A stretch of DNA of 64,000 nucleotides from contig CACPJC010000005.1 in assembly GCA_902634185.1 (NCBI GenBank), positions 1-64,000 of the forward strand, given 5' to 3'. Made by a program: the position numbers and the translations under genes. The notes beneath the pieces are model-generated. The model did not search any database. It was given only the letters and a program-made list of their open reading frames with translations, and was not told where the DNA came from. The DNA comes from an uncultured Candidatus Actinomarina sp. (GTDB taxonomy: Bacteria > Actinomycetota > Acidimicrobiia > Actinomarinales > Actinomarinaceae). Shown one piece after another: positions 48,456-58,453 of the stretch (its first letter is position 1; the number at the start of each line of letters is the position of its first letter).

Positions 48456-49880
48456 TTAATAAGCTTTAGAAAATATAGCAAAATTACCATCTTCAGAATC
48501 TGAATTAACTGCTTTTTCTGAATCAGTATTTTCTAAAGGGTAACATCTAAGGGTTGCGCTAGTCTCCTCCTTAATTTTTAACTCATCTTCCTTACTTTCC
48601 TTCCAAAAACACGATACAAAACCTTTTTTACTGTTTAATACATCAATTAATTCGCTGAAAGATTTAACATGTGTCGTATTTTCTTTAAGAGTATTTTCAG
48701 AATTCTTATATAAATTATCTTGAATTTCATTAAGAAGTTTTTTTATAGTATTTTGAACATCATCCATAGGATATGAATTTTTGGATTCATCATCTCTTCT
48801 AGAAACAAGAATTGTATTTTTTTCAATATCTTTAGGTCCTACCTCAACTCTCAATGGAACCCCTTTCTGCTCCCACTCATTAAATTTAAAACCTGGTGAA
48901 ACTTCTGATCTATCATCAATGATTACTCTAAATTCACTAAGTAAGTCGTTTAATTGATTTACAACTGTCATTACTGAATCTTTATCTTTTTCATTGGGGA
49001 TTATTGGAACGATGACTATTTGATGAGGAGCTAATTTAGGTGGAAGTTTTAAACCTTTATCATCTCCATGAGCCATGATTATCATACCTACCAATCTTGT
49101 GCTCACTCCCCAACTGGTTTGATACGGATGTTGTAATTCATTATTTTCATCAGAAAATGTAATATCAAATGCTTTTGAAAAGTTCTGTCCTAATTCATGA
49201 GAGGTCCCTGCTTGAAGTGCTTTCATGTCATTCATCATTGCTTCAATTGAATACGTTGTTGTAGCACCTGCAAATTTTTCAATATCTGACTTAGTCCCTT
49301 TTATAACAGATACTGCTGCTGCTTGTTTTGCGAACTCTTCATATATATATAACATTTTTAACGCTTCTTCTTTAGCTTCATCAATTGTTGCATGAGCAGT
49401 GTGGCCCTCTTGCCAAAGAAATTCTGATGTCCTTAAAAATAGTCTTGTTCTCATTTCCCATCTGACTACATTTGACCATTGATTGATAAGCATTGGTAGA
49501 TCTCTATGGCTTGATATCCACTTTGCGAACATATGATTTATTATCGTCTCAGAAGTAGGTCTAACAATTAATGGTTCTTCTAATTCTTTACCACCTGCAT
49601 GTGTAACAGTTGCTAACTCTGGAGAAAAACCTTCAACATGTTCGGCTTCTTTTTCTATAAACGATTTGGGTATAAACATTGGAAAATAGGCATTTTTATG
49701 ACCTGTCTCTTTAAATCTTTTATCCAAGTAAGACTGTATATTTTCCCATATCGCATAGCCATAAGGTTTAATAACCATAGTTCCTTTAACAGGTGAATAA
49801 TCGGCAAGATCAGCTAGCTGTACAATTTCGGTATACCATTGATTAAAATCCTCGGACATTGGTGTCAGTTTTTTTACCAT
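48456..49880 (-). CDS. proS: Proline--tRNA ligase (archaeal/eukaryotic type)
   Basis: EAEHVEGFSPE, RPTSET, QWSNVVRWE, FLRTSEFLWQEGH, QTSWGVSTR, C-terminal Tyr. Confidence 0.97.
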   Translation of the reverse strand: MVKKLTPMSEDFNQWYTEIVQLADLADYSPVKGTMVIKPYGYAIWENIQSYLDKRFKETGHKNAYFPMFIPKSFIEKEAEHVEGFSPELATVTHAGGKELEEPLIVRPTSETIINHMFAKWISSHRDLPMLINQWSNVVRWEMRTRLFLRTSEFLWQEGHTAHATIDEAKEEALKMLYIYEEFAKQAAAVSVIKGTKSDIEKFAGATTTYSIEAMMNDMKALQAGTSHELGQNFSKAFDITFSDENNELQHPYQTSWGVSTRLVGMIIMAHGDDKGLKLPPKLAPHQIVIVPIIPNEKDKDSVMTVVNQLNDLLSEFRVIIDDRSEVSPGFKFNEWEQKGVPLRVEVGPKDIEKNTILVSRRDDESKNSYPMDDVQNTIKKLLNEIQDNLYKNSENTLKENTTHVKSFSELIDVLNSKKGFVSCFWKESKEDELKIKEETSATLRCYPLENTDSEKAVNSDSEDGNFAIFSKAY

Positions 49881-49901
49881 AGGTATATTCTATTACGTTA
49901 A

Positions 49902-51122
49902 CTAATCATTATCTTGTTTTGAAGTAATCTCAACAACTGATTTTTTTCTCTCCGTAAAGTTATTTATATCACCTTGAGAGTTTAATAAATCTTCAACATC
50001 TTTTTGAGCTAGTTCTGCTGCATTATCATCTGCAGCTGCCAATCTAGATTCGATTCCTTCTTCTACAATCAATCTCGCTTCATCTAGTAGAGAAGTAACC
50101 ATGTCTTTTTCATTTACAACTCTTACAACCTCACCACGTATAAACAAATGGCCCTTATTTTTTCCTGCAGCAATACCAATATCTGCTGATCTAGCCTCTC
50201 CGGGTCCATTAACTACGCAACCCATAACAGCAACCTGAAGGGGTATGTCTTCTTTATTCAATGCCTCTTGTGCTTCTTCAGCAACTTTAATAACATCAAC
50301 TTCTGCCCTGCCGCAGCTTGGACATGCTATTAAATCAAGAGAATTTCTCTCTCTGAGTCCTAAATATTCGAGTAACTGTCTACCACTTTTGGCTTCTTCT
50401 ATTGGGTCGGCGGTTAATGAATACCTTATTGTATCTCCAATCCCTTCATTTAATAATGTTGATATACCCGCCGTTGATTTTATAAGTCCTCCTGGAAGTG
50501 GGCCAGCTTCGGTTACCCCTAAATGTAAAGGGTACTCAACTTTCTCTGCAAGCAATCTGTATGACTCAATCATTAGTGGTACATTTGAATGTTTTACAGA
50601 AATCTTTATATTAAAGAAATCAACATCCTCTAGGTATTTTAATTCTGTCATAGCTGACTCAACCAAAGCTTCAGGGGTAGCGTCTCCATATTTCTCAAGC
50701 AAATCTTTATCAAGTGATCCACCATTTACCCCAATTCGTATTGGGATGTTTGCACTTAATGCTGCTTTAGCTACTTCTTTAATCTGCGATTCTTTTCTAA
50801 TGTTTCCAGGATTAAGTCTTAGCCCGTCTACACCTGCATCAACTGCAGCAAGTGCTAACTTATACTGAAAATGTATGTCAGCAATAATAGGGACTGGGCT
50901 TCTTTGGGTAATCTCAACAAGACCTTCAGCAGCTTCAACCTCATTGCAAGTAACTCTGACAATGTCCGCTCCATTTGAGGCAACTTCATAAATCTGTGCA
51001 AGTGTCCCATCTACATCTCTAGTCTTAGTAGTTGTCATCGACTGCACTGATATAGGGAAATTAGAACCAATTCCAACTTTACCTACTTGAATTTGAGATG
51101 TTTTTCTTCTGTTGAACATCAT
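49902..51122 (-). CDS. ispG: HMBPP synthase (MEP pathway)
   Basis: SVQSMT, ADIHF, RLNPGN, LHLGVTEAG, GIGDTIR, CPSCGR, MGCVVNGPGE. Confidence 0.97.
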   Translation of the reverse strand: MMFNRRKTSQIQVGKVGIGSNFPISVQSMTTTKTRDVDGTLAQIYEVASNGADIVRVTCNEVEAAEGLVEITQRSPVPIIADIHFQYKLALAAVDAGVDGLRLNPGNIRKESQIKEVAKAALSANIPIRIGVNGGSLDKDLLEKYGDATPEALVESAMTELKYLEDVDFFNIKISVKHSNVPLMIESYRLLAEKVEYPLHLGVTEAGPLPGGLIKSTAGISTLLNEGIGDTIRYSLTADPIEEAKSGRQLLEYLGLRERNSLDLIACPSCGRAEVDVIKVAEEAQEALNKEDIPLQVAVMGCVVNGPGEARSADIGIAAGKNKGHLFIRGEVVRVVNEKDMVTSLLDEARLIVEEGIESRLAAADDNAAELAQKDVEDLLNSQGDINNFTERKKSVVEITSKQDND

Positions 51123-52219
51123 AAGTTAATTGGTTGTGTTATATCTAAATAAAATGCTGTTATTCCAATAAAAACAAATACAACAATTACAACAGCTGCA
51201 ACAGGGTAAAGTTTTTTATCTGATATTTTTTTCCCTGTTACTCCCTCTATCAAAGATAGCAAAACACGACCTCCATCTAAAGGTATCAAGGGAATTGCAT
51301 TAAAAACGGCGAGAAAAACATTAACAAAAGCAAGTAAGCTGAAAAGATTTATATATCCATTATCAGCAATTTGACTTCCAGCCTGGGCAAGGCCTATTGG
51401 ACTTAATGGTCTAGCTTCGTCTGGAACAATTTCTCCAGAGTAAGTACCCAATAGTGTTCTTATATTTTCTGGACTAAGTAAAGTAAATATTCCATCTACC
51501 GCCGCGACAGTCATTTCGATTTCTAAAGTAGTAGTAAATAATGCCGCATCTAAAATTCCAACATCTGTTTGTTGTATTACTGGTGAGACACCAAGATAAC
51601 CAATTTCTGAACCATTTATGTTACGCGTTTCTAAAATTGCAGAAGTTAGGTAAACACTGTTTCCCCGAAGATATTTAATACTGACTTCTTGACCCGGATT
51701 GACTTCTATAATCGAAACTAGTTGATTCCAAGTCTCGACATCTTGACCATTAAATTGAATAATTGTATCTCCAGGTCTTAGACCAGCTGATTGTGATGGA
51801 GAACTATCTTGTTGATTGATTGAGTCCCCTATTGTCTCAATATTCAAGGTTGGCTGTGTAACTCCATTTGTAATAAAGATCGCAAATATCATAATCCAGG
51901 CTGTTAAAAAATTTACAATTATCCCTGCAGAGGCAATAAAAAGTTTTGTAGTCCATTTTGAAGTATGAAACAATTCACTATCTTCATATCCTTCAACTTG
52001 CTCAGACTCATCCATACCAGGTATCTTTACATATCCCCCGAATGGGATCCCTTTTAAACCATATTCTGTTCCGTTTCGTTTAAAAGAAAATATTTTTGGG
52101 CCAAAACCAACAAAAAACTCAGATACAGCAACTTTAGAATATCTAGCAGCAAAATAATGTCCTGCTTCATGCATTACCACAAAAAAGGTAAGCATTAATA
52201 TAGTCAATATCCCATTCAT
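51119..52219 (-). CDS. rseP: Site-2 protease (M50, RseP/Rip1) with PDZ domain
   Basis: HEAGH, GFGP, PFGGYV, PDZ GLRPGD, N.IP..PLDGG. Confidence 0.94.
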   Translation of the reverse strand: MNGILTILMLTFFVVMHEAGHYFAARYSKVAVSEFFVGFGPKIFSFKRNGTEYGLKGIPFGGYVKIPGMDESEQVEGYEDSELFHTSKWTTKLFIASAGIIVNFLTAWIMIFAIFITNGVTQPTLNIETIGDSINQQDSSPSQSAGLRPGDTIIQFNGQDVETWNQLVSIIEVNPGQEVSIKYLRGNSVYLTSAILETRNINGSEIGYLGVSPVIQQTDVGILDAALFTTTLEIEMTVAAVDGIFTLLSPENIRTLLGTYSGEIVPDEARPLSPIGLAQAGSQIADNGYINLFSLLAFVNVFLAVFNAIPLIPLDGGRVLLSLIEGVTGKKISDKKLYPVAAVVIVVFVFIGITAFYLDITQPINL

Positions 52220-52235
52220 ATACTTATTATCTCAC

Positions 52236-53141
52236 CTAGAGATTTAAATAAAAAAATTGTAAAACAATTAAAAGATAAGGAAAACTTATTAAATAGGAAT
52301 CAATTCTATCAAGTAAACCTCCATGACCAGGAAATATAGTGCCAGAATCTTTGACATCAATTGATCGTTTAATCTTTGACATAAATAAATCACCAACAAC
52401 TCCTAGAGAGATGAATAAGATTGAAACTAAAAATGATGATAGATAACTTTTATCAAGATTGATTGCAATATTAAAGCTCATAAACAAAGTTCCAATTAAA
52501 AGACCAGCTAAAAATCCTTCCACAGTTTTATTTGGTGATATATTTTCAGCAAGTTTTCTAGAACCAAATCTTTTACCAATCTCATATGCAAAGATATCAG
52601 ATATTGCAATTGCAATTATTGAAAGGTAAACAAAAATTAATTCTTGAGATTTTAAAAGCCACCCTATTGATGCAATCCCTATTGAAAACCATGAATGAAA
52701 AACCATAGCGCTTCCAAACTTTTCATAAATTGAAAAATTTGTATAAAAACCTAAATAAATTATCAATCCAAGTGGAAATATAAAATATGGAATAAATATG
52801 TTTGATAATTCATAAAAATAAACAACTAACAATGGTGCAAGTGCTGAAAATAAAAGTAAAGGGTATGGTATAAAAATACTATATTCAAATAAATCAAACC
52901 ATTCTTTAGCAGCGATGAATGCGACTAATACAAACAAGATAAAAGCACTTAGCTTAGATATAAAAAATAAGGAGAGAATTGCAAATAATATTACACCAGT
53001 AATGATTCGCTGATTTTTATTTTCATCATTAGTAGGCTCAACACTAGAGACCTCATTATCTACCGGCAGCTCAACAACACCTGGCCAAAATGTTCCTTCT
53101 TCATCCGAAGAAAAAAAGAATTTAAACTTCGAGTAACTCAT
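52236..53141 (-). CDS. cdsA: Phosphatidate cytidylyltransferase
   Basis: SDIFAY, ISPNKTVEG, GDL..S.IKR...VKDSG..FPGHGG.LDR.DS. Confidence 0.95.
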   Translation of the reverse strand: MSYSKFKFFFSSDEEGTFWPGVVELPVDNEVSSVEPTNDENKNQRIITGVILFAILSLFFISKLSAFILFVLVAFIAAKEWFDLFEYSIFIPYPLLLFSALAPLLVVYFYELSNIFIPYFIFPLGLIIYLGFYTNFSIYEKFGSAMVFHSWFSIGIASIGWLLKSQELIFVYLSIIAIAISDIFAYEIGKRFGSRKLAENISPNKTVEGFLAGLLIGTLFMSFNIAINLDKSYLSSFLVSILFISLGVVGDLFMSKIKRSIDVKDSGTIFPGHGGLLDRIDSYLISFPYLLIVLQFFYLNL

Positions 53142-53673
53142 TTTCTTTTATTTTATAAAGTTCATCAATTTTCTGGACAAACTTATCTGTTAGGTCTTGT
53201 ATCTGAGCCTCATATCTTTTCAAATCATCAGCTGGTAAATCATCTTTTAACTTTGAAAGCTGGTCAATTCCTGTTCTTCTATGTGACCTAATAGAAACTT
53301 TTGTATCTTCTGCAGCCTTTGAAGCTACTTTAGTTAATTCTTTCCTTCTTTCTTCAGACAAAGCAGGTATAGGAATCCTTATAATATCTCCATCAGTTGC
53401 AGGATTTAATCCTATATCTGCATTTTGAATAGCTTTCTCAATCTCTTCAAATGAGTTTTTATCGAATGGTTGTACTACAAGCAGTCTAGGGTCCGGAACA
53501 CTTACAGATGCTAGTTGTTGAAGAGGTGTTTTTACACCATAGTACTCGACCTGTATGCCAGTAACTAAACTTGGATTAGCTCTTCCAGTTCTAATTTTTC
53601 CAAACTCATCAATAAGATGCTCAATGGAGATGCCCATCTCTAGCTCAACTTCTGAAATGATATTATCTGCCAT
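53122..53673 (-). CDS. frr: Ribosome recycling factor
   Basis: IRTGRANP, YYG..TPL.Q.A, LSEERRKEL. Confidence 0.97.
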   Translation of the reverse strand: MADNIISEVELEMGISIEHLIDEFGKIRTGRANPSLVTGIQVEYYGVKTPLQQLASVSVPDPRLLVVQPFDKNSFEEIEKAIQNADIGLNPATDGDIIRIPIPALSEERRKELTKVASKAAEDTKVSIRSHRRTGIDQLSKLKDDLPADDLKRYEAQIQDLTDKFVQKIDELYKIKENELLEV

Positions 53674-53675
53674 AA

Positions 53676-54377
53676 TTACGAAATGATTGTTCCCATTTTT
53701 TCACCCTGTAAGACTTTAAAAATGTTTCCATCCTTTGTGCCATCAAAGACTCTTATAGGCATGTTATTTTCCTCACATAATGTTATTGCAGTTAAGTCCA
53801 TTACTGAAAGTTTATTATCTAATACTTCTTTGTAGGTAAGTTGCTTATAAAGTTCAGCAGAAGAGTTTTTTTCAGGATCATCACTATAAACGCCATCAAC
53901 TCGAGTTGATTTGAGAACTATTTCAGCTTCAATTTCTGCTGCTCTCAAAGATGCGGCTGTGTCAGTTGTAAAATAAGGATTACCTGTACCAGCAGCAAAA
54001 ATAACAACCCTACCCTTTTCAAGGTGTCTAATTGCTCGTAATCTTATGTATGGCTCTGCAACAGAAGTCATTGTGATTGCAGATTGAACTCTTGTATTTG
54101 TTCCATTTTTATCTAGTGCATCCTTAAGGGCAATTGCGTTAATTACAGTAGCAAGCATACCCATATAATCAGCATTTGCTTGAGCCATGTTTTTCGCAGA
54201 TTCGCTTACTCCTCTAAAAAAGTTTCCTCCGCCTACAACAATTCCAATTTGGACACCTGTTTCACTAGCCTTTGAAATTTCATCAGCAATTCTAGTTAGT
54301 GTATTAGATTCAATACCAAAATTAGTATCTTGATCTGCAAATGATTCTCCAGAAAGTTTAAGTAAAACTCTGGACAT
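53676..54377 (-). CDS. pyrH: UMP kinase
   Basis: [33 protein letters not shown]. Confidence 0.98.
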   Translation of the reverse strand: MSRVLLKLSGESFADQDTNFGIESNTLTRIADEISKASETGVQIGIVVGGGNFFRGVSESAKNMAQANADYMGMLATVINAIALKDALDKNGTNTRVQSAITMTSVAEPYIRLRAIRHLEKGRVVIFAAGTGNPYFTTDTAASLRAAEIEAEIVLKSTRVDGVYSDDPEKNSSAELYKQLTYKEVLDNKLSVMDLTAITLCEENNMPIRVFDGTKDGNIFKVLQGEKMGTIIS

Positions 54378-54380
54378 GTT

Positions 54381-54989
54381 TTATTTGCCCACCTCTAGAT
54401 GAGAAAATTTCTTAATGTAAATTCTTTCACCTAATTTACCTGACATTTCTTCAATCATTACCCCAACTTTTCCTTCATAAATTTCAGGGTTTACAAATAT
54501 TTGTTCATTTAAAACAGTGTCACTGTAAAAGGATGAAATTTTACCTTCTACTATTTTTTCCATTACTTCTTTTGGCTTACCCTCATTTTCAGATTGTTTT
54601 AAAATAATTTCTTTTTCTTCGTTAATTTTATCTTCTGGAACATCTTCTATATTTAGATAACCAGGTCTCATTGCTGCAACATGCATAGCAATTTGTTTTG
54701 CAATATCTTTAAACTCTGGTGACTTAGCAACAAAATCTGTTTCACAAGCCAATTCAACTAAAACTCCAGCTACTGCTCTGTCTTGTTGAAAATGAATGTA
54801 TTCACCAATTGTGCCTTGATTTGCTTCTCGATCAGATCTTTTTTTAGAATCAGCTAATCCTTTTTCTCTCAGATACTTTACGGCAGCATCAAAATCGCCG
54901 TTTGTTTCTTTTAGCGCTTCTTTAGCATCCATCATGCCAGCACCTGTCATATCTCTTAGCTTTTTTACATCTGAAGCTGAAATACTCAT
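54381..54989 (-). CDS. tsf: Elongation factor Ts (short form)
   Basis: VKKLR..TGAGMMD.K.AL, CETDFVA, AMHVAA. Confidence 0.97.
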   Translation of the reverse strand: MSISASDVKKLRDMTGAGMMDAKEALKETNGDFDAAVKYLREKGLADSKKRSDREANQGTIGEYIHFQQDRAVAGVLVELACETDFVAKSPEFKDIAKQIAMHVAAMRPGYLNIEDVPEDKINEEKEIILKQSENEGKPKEVMEKIVEGKISSFYSDTVLNEQIFVNPEIYEGKVGVMIEEMSGKLGERIYIKKFSHLEVGK

Positions 54990-55699
54990 TCTTGATTTTC
55001 TCCATCTTCAACTTCTTTTCTTTTTCCAAGACCTTTCAAGCAGGCATCAGCTATTGCAGTTGCTACAACCTCAATGGATCTAATAGCATCATCATTACCC
55101 GGAATAACAAAATCAACATTTTCTGGATCTACATTAGAATCCGCTAAACCGATAATAGGTATATCTAATTTGCTTGCTTCGGTTAATGCAGTAGTTTCAT
55201 TTAACAAATCAACAATAAATATTGCCTCTGGCAATTTATTCATGTTTGCTATACCACCAATAGATTTGGTTAATTTATCAATCTCTCTTCTGATTCGCAA
55301 TCTCTCAGGCTTTGGATAAGCATTTATTTCACCAGAACTTTCCAAAGCGTTAAGTTCATTGAGATATACAACTCTTTTAATAATCGTTTTGAAGTTAGTT
55401 AACATACCTCCCAACCATCTGTGGTTTACATAGGGCATTTGAGCTCTCAATGCTTGTTCCTCAATAACTTTTTGTGCTTGAGGTTTTGTACCTACAAATA
55501 AAACCTTTCCGCTATTAGCTACAAGTTTCTGAACAAAATCTTGTGCTTTTTCAAGTGACTCATAAGTAATTCTTAAATCAAGTATATGAATTCCACTTTT
55601 ATCACCATATATATATTTATCCATTTTTGGATTCCAACGTTGTGTTTGGTGACCGAAATGAACGCCTGCTTCGAGCAGATCTTTCATTGTTGCTGACAT
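54986..55699 (-). CDS. rpsB: 30S ribosomal protein S2
   Basis: LLEAGVHFGH, WNPKM, RWLGGMLTNF, IPGNDDAIRS; ATG 55699 with AAAGGAG SD. Confidence 0.98.
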   Translation of the reverse strand: MSATMKDLLEAGVHFGHQTQRWNPKMDKYIYGDKSGIHILDLRITYESLEKAQDFVQKLVANSGKVLFVGTKPQAQKVIEEQALRAQMPYVNHRWLGGMLTNFKTIIKRVVYLNELNALESSGEINAYPKPERLRIRREIDKLTKSIGGIANMNKLPEAIFIVDLLNETTALTEASKLDIPIIGLADSNVDPENVDFVIPGNDDAIRSIEVVATAIADACLKGLGKRKEVEDGENQE

Positions 55700-55792
55700 A
55701 TTTCTCCTTTGGTTGTTCATCCCATATTTCTTTGCTTTCGCGGTTTCCAAACTTTCGTCCACCAAGGAAACTTGCAAACATGGTGTCTATTT
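55700..55792 (-). ncRNA. Putative rpsB leader (S2 autoregulatory / t44-like structure)
   Basis: Locally GC-richer leader with short GAAA-loop hairpins (GGAC-GAAA-GTTT, GC-GAAA-GC); position typical of rpsB leaders, structure not verified. Confidence 0.45.
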
Positions 55793-55823
55793 AAAATAAA
55801 TAATAACCAAATAAAGGTTTTAT

Positions 55824-56681
55824 TCAACCCCTTGGGTGAGTTCTTTTATATTTTTCTTGGAGTTTCTTTTTTGATATATGTGTATAAATCTGAGTTGTTC
55901 CTGGATCAGAATGTCCAAGTAATTCTTGAACAACACGTAAATCAGCACCACCATCAAGTACATGAGTAGCAAACGTATGACGAATGTTATGAGGGAAGGT
56001 GCCAGTAATTAAATTTACAACTCTTCTTACTTCCCTATCAGTAATTTGTTTTCCTCTTACACCTAAGAATATAAATTGATTGTCATTGTCTTTTAAAAAT
56101 TCTGCACGATTACTTTTTAACCAAAGTGAGATAATTTTATATGCTTGGTCTGTCATAGGTAGTAGTCGTTCTTTTCTTCCTTTTCCAATAACCCTCAATG
56201 ATCCATCATTTTTTACATCATTTATCTTCAAATTAACTAATTCGGAAACTCTTAAACCAGAGGAATAAAGTAATTCAATAATTGCTTTATTACGAACATC
56301 TTTGGCTGTAGATGTTGGCAATTTATCAATGAGATTATTTATATAATTTGATGTCAAAATATTAGGTAATTTTTTCTCTGTTTTAAGATTTTCGGATTTT
56401 CTAAATGTTTTTCCTTTATATTTATCAAGTTTTGAGGACCATAATAGAAAGTTATTTACTGAAGTCAGTTTTCGGTTGATTGTAGATTTCGCAAGTTCAA
56501 GACTAAATAAATAATCGACAAAATCTTCATTATCAAATAAATTTTTTTTGGTATTTTTTAAATAATCAAAATATTGTTCTAAATCATTTTTGTATGCCGT
56601 GGTTGTATGATCTGAATAGTTTTTTACATTTTCAAGATAATTTATATAATTTTCTAGTAATTCTTTATTCTGTGTTTTCAA
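55824..56681 (-). CDS. xerC: Tyrosine recombinase XerC/XerD family
   Basis: ELLYSSGLRVSEL, GKG.KER, H.IRHTFATH, DLRVVQELLGH, TTQIYTH; upstream of rpsB as in actinobacteria. Confidence 0.88.
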   Translation of the reverse strand: MKTQNKELLENYINYLENVKNYSDHTTTAYKNDLEQYFDYLKNTKKNLFDNEDFVDYLFSLELAKSTINRKLTSVNNFLLWSSKLDKYKGKTFRKSENLKTEKKLPNILTSNYINNLIDKLPTSTAKDVRNKAIIELLYSSGLRVSELVNLKINDVKNDGSLRVIGKGRKERLLPMTDQAYKIISLWLKSNRAEFLKDNDNQFIFLGVRGKQITDREVRRVVNLITGTFPHNIRHTFATHVLDGGADLRVVQELLGHSDPGTTQIYTHISKKKLQEKYKRTHPRG

Positions 56682-57423
56682 GCCTTCGTTCCAACCTTCT
56701 TTGTAAACCTGAAAGCAATAATGTAATTATTAAGTAGAGAACCGTAAGAACAAGATATGTTTCTGCAAATCTAAACGTACTACCAGAATATAATCGACCT
56801 CTATAAGTCAAATCTTCAACTGCTAAAACCGAAAGTAATGATGAGTCTTTCATCATTGATATAAAGTCATTACCCAATGCAGGAAGCATATTTCTAAAAG
56901 CTTGAGGTAACACAATAAATCTCATTATTTGTCTTTCAGACATTCCTAGGGATGCACCACCTTCTCTCTGACCAGCAGGAACTGATTCAATACCTGCTCT
57001 GAATACTTCAGCAATATAAGCTCCATAAAATACTGACAAAGCAATTATCGCTCGAACTAACATTGGAACATTTCCGTTATTAATATTAAAAAATTCAGCT
57101 ACATCTACGACAACGACAAAAGCAATGGTAAATATTAAAATCAGTACAGGGACACCACGAATAAATTCAATATAAGTTCTTGAAATAGTGCTAGCAATTT
57201 TATTTTTGGATATACGACCAATTCCAGAAACCAAACCAAGGAAAATTGCAATCAAAAATGATACAACAGTGGAAAGAAATGTAATTCTTAAACCGGGAAG
57301 AATAAAATAAAAAGCCTTGTTATATTCAGGATTTGTAAAAATTGTAAACATCATCCAGAAAATGATTGATGCAAGTATTAAAATCCACCAGTTTTCCGGT
57401 TTAAATAAGTTCTTTATTTTCAT
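56665..57423 (-). CDS. Polar amino acid ABC transporter permease
   Basis: YIEFIRGVP, AYIAEVFRAGI..V..GQ.E, LPQA, KDSSL. Confidence 0.94.
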   Translation of the reverse strand: MKIKNLFKPENWWILILASIIFWMMFTIFTNPEYNKAFYFILPGLRITFLSTVVSFLIAIFLGLVSGIGRISKNKIASTISRTYIEFIRGVPVLILIFTIAFVVVVDVAEFFNINNGNVPMLVRAIIALSVFYGAYIAEVFRAGIESVPAGQREGGASLGMSERQIMRFIVLPQAFRNMLPALGNDFISMMKDSSLLSVLAVEDLTYRGRLYSGSTFRFAETYLVLTVLYLIITLLLSGLQRRLERRLENTE

Positions 57424-57441
57424 TTCTTACCATATTAAAGC

Positions 57442-57467
57442 AATAGGCACGGACTTCCGTGCCTATT
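57442..57467 (-). terminator. Strong intercistronic hairpin between the binding-protein and permease genes
   Basis: AATAGGCACGGA-CT-TCCGTGCCTATT inverted repeat; weak U tract, so it may stabilise mRNA rather than terminate. Confidence 0.7.
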
Positions 57468-57496
57468 ACAAATTTAAATTATGTTTAATTTAAAGG

Positions 57497-58381
57497 TTAA
57501 ACTTCACAGCCATCTGGACGATACTCTTCTGGGATGTCTTCATCACATTCTGCAATATCATCATAGGTTACTGAGAAATCTGGTGAGAAAAACTTATTAT
57601 TTATTTCTTTAAGTTTTCCGTTAGCTTCCATTTCAGCCAAACCTTGATTTATGACATCTACTAATGGACTTCCATTAGGAAATGCGAAACCAAGCTGTTC
57701 TGATGTTAGATCGTCACCAACTAATTTAACCTGATCTTTATTAGCTCCCATATACCCAAGACCAGCAGTTTCATCAATTATTGATGCATCTGCGTCTCCT
57801 GAAATGACAGCTTGAATAGCAAAGTTGAAGTCATCAAAAGCCTGAACTTTATCCTCACCAAGTGCTGAAACAGCAAATTCATAGTTTGTTGTTCCTTTTT
57901 GAGTAGCAACTGTATAGTCACCATCTATAAGATCTTGGAGACTTGTAATTTCAGTATTACCTGAAGCTACAAGGACTCTTTGAGCTAAATTAATATAACC
58001 GTTTGAAAAATCAACAATTTCATCTCTCTCTGCAGTTATAGTTATTCCATCACCTGCGATCATAAACTGACCGTCAGCTGTAGCTTGAATCATTCCGTCC
58101 CAAGCTGTTGGAACATAAACAGGTGTAAAGTTCATTAATTCACCCATATAGTTAAATACATCGTAATCCCAACCCATTGCTTCGCCAGTTTCAGCGTCAA
58201 TGTAGTTGAAAGGTAAGTATGCATTTTCTACGGCAAATGTGAACTCACATCCGTCAAGATCTGGTAAACCATTTTCACCAGTTGTAATTTCTACTTCATC
58301 ACAAGGAACTGCCGCACTGGAACATGCGGTTGCGACCATTGCTAAAGCAAAAAATAAAATTAATGTCTTTTTACTTTTCAA
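57497..58381 (-). CDS. Polar amino acid ABC transporter substrate-binding lipoprotein
   Basis: Lipobox ATAC, AY.PF, G.D.D, GITITAER...VDFS, QKGTT; TTG 58381 downstream of GGAGG. Confidence 0.93.
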   Translation of the reverse strand: MKSKKTLILFFALAMVATACSSAAVPCDEVEITTGENGLPDLDGCEFTFAVENAYLPFNYIDAETGEAMGWDYDVFNYMGELMNFTPVYVPTAWDGMIQATADGQFMIAGDGITITAERDEIVDFSNGYINLAQRVLVASGNTEITSLQDLIDGDYTVATQKGTTNYEFAVSALGEDKVQAFDDFNFAIQAVISGDADASIIDETAGLGYMGANKDQVKLVGDDLTSEQLGFAFPNGSPLVDVINQGLAEMEANGKLKEINNKFFSPDFSVTYDDIAECDEDIPEEYRPDGCEV

Positions 58382-58453
58382 GTTATAGACCTCCATTTAT
58401 ATAAAGTCATTATTGCATATCTATTCATTAATTTGAATAAATATTAATTTAAT

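Noticed and set aside
40351-50868. Long antisense ORFs over pnp, infB, nusA and ispG (e.g. 40846..41454, 46293..46784, 47045..47497, 50245..50868), and similar short ones elsewhere
   Set aside because: Ser/Ile/Phe-rich mirror frames caused by codon bias of the real genes; no motifs.
43549-55777. Track N-terminal extensions of truB (to 43650), rimP (to 48394) and rpsB (to 55777)
   Set aside because: They overlap nrnA or leader structures; downstream starts match family N-termini, and SD positions for rimP and rpsB.
55824-56681. Tyrosine recombinase as a phage or island integrase
   Set aside because: Size, motifs and position upstream of rpsB fit housekeeping XerC; no att repeats or phage genes nearby.
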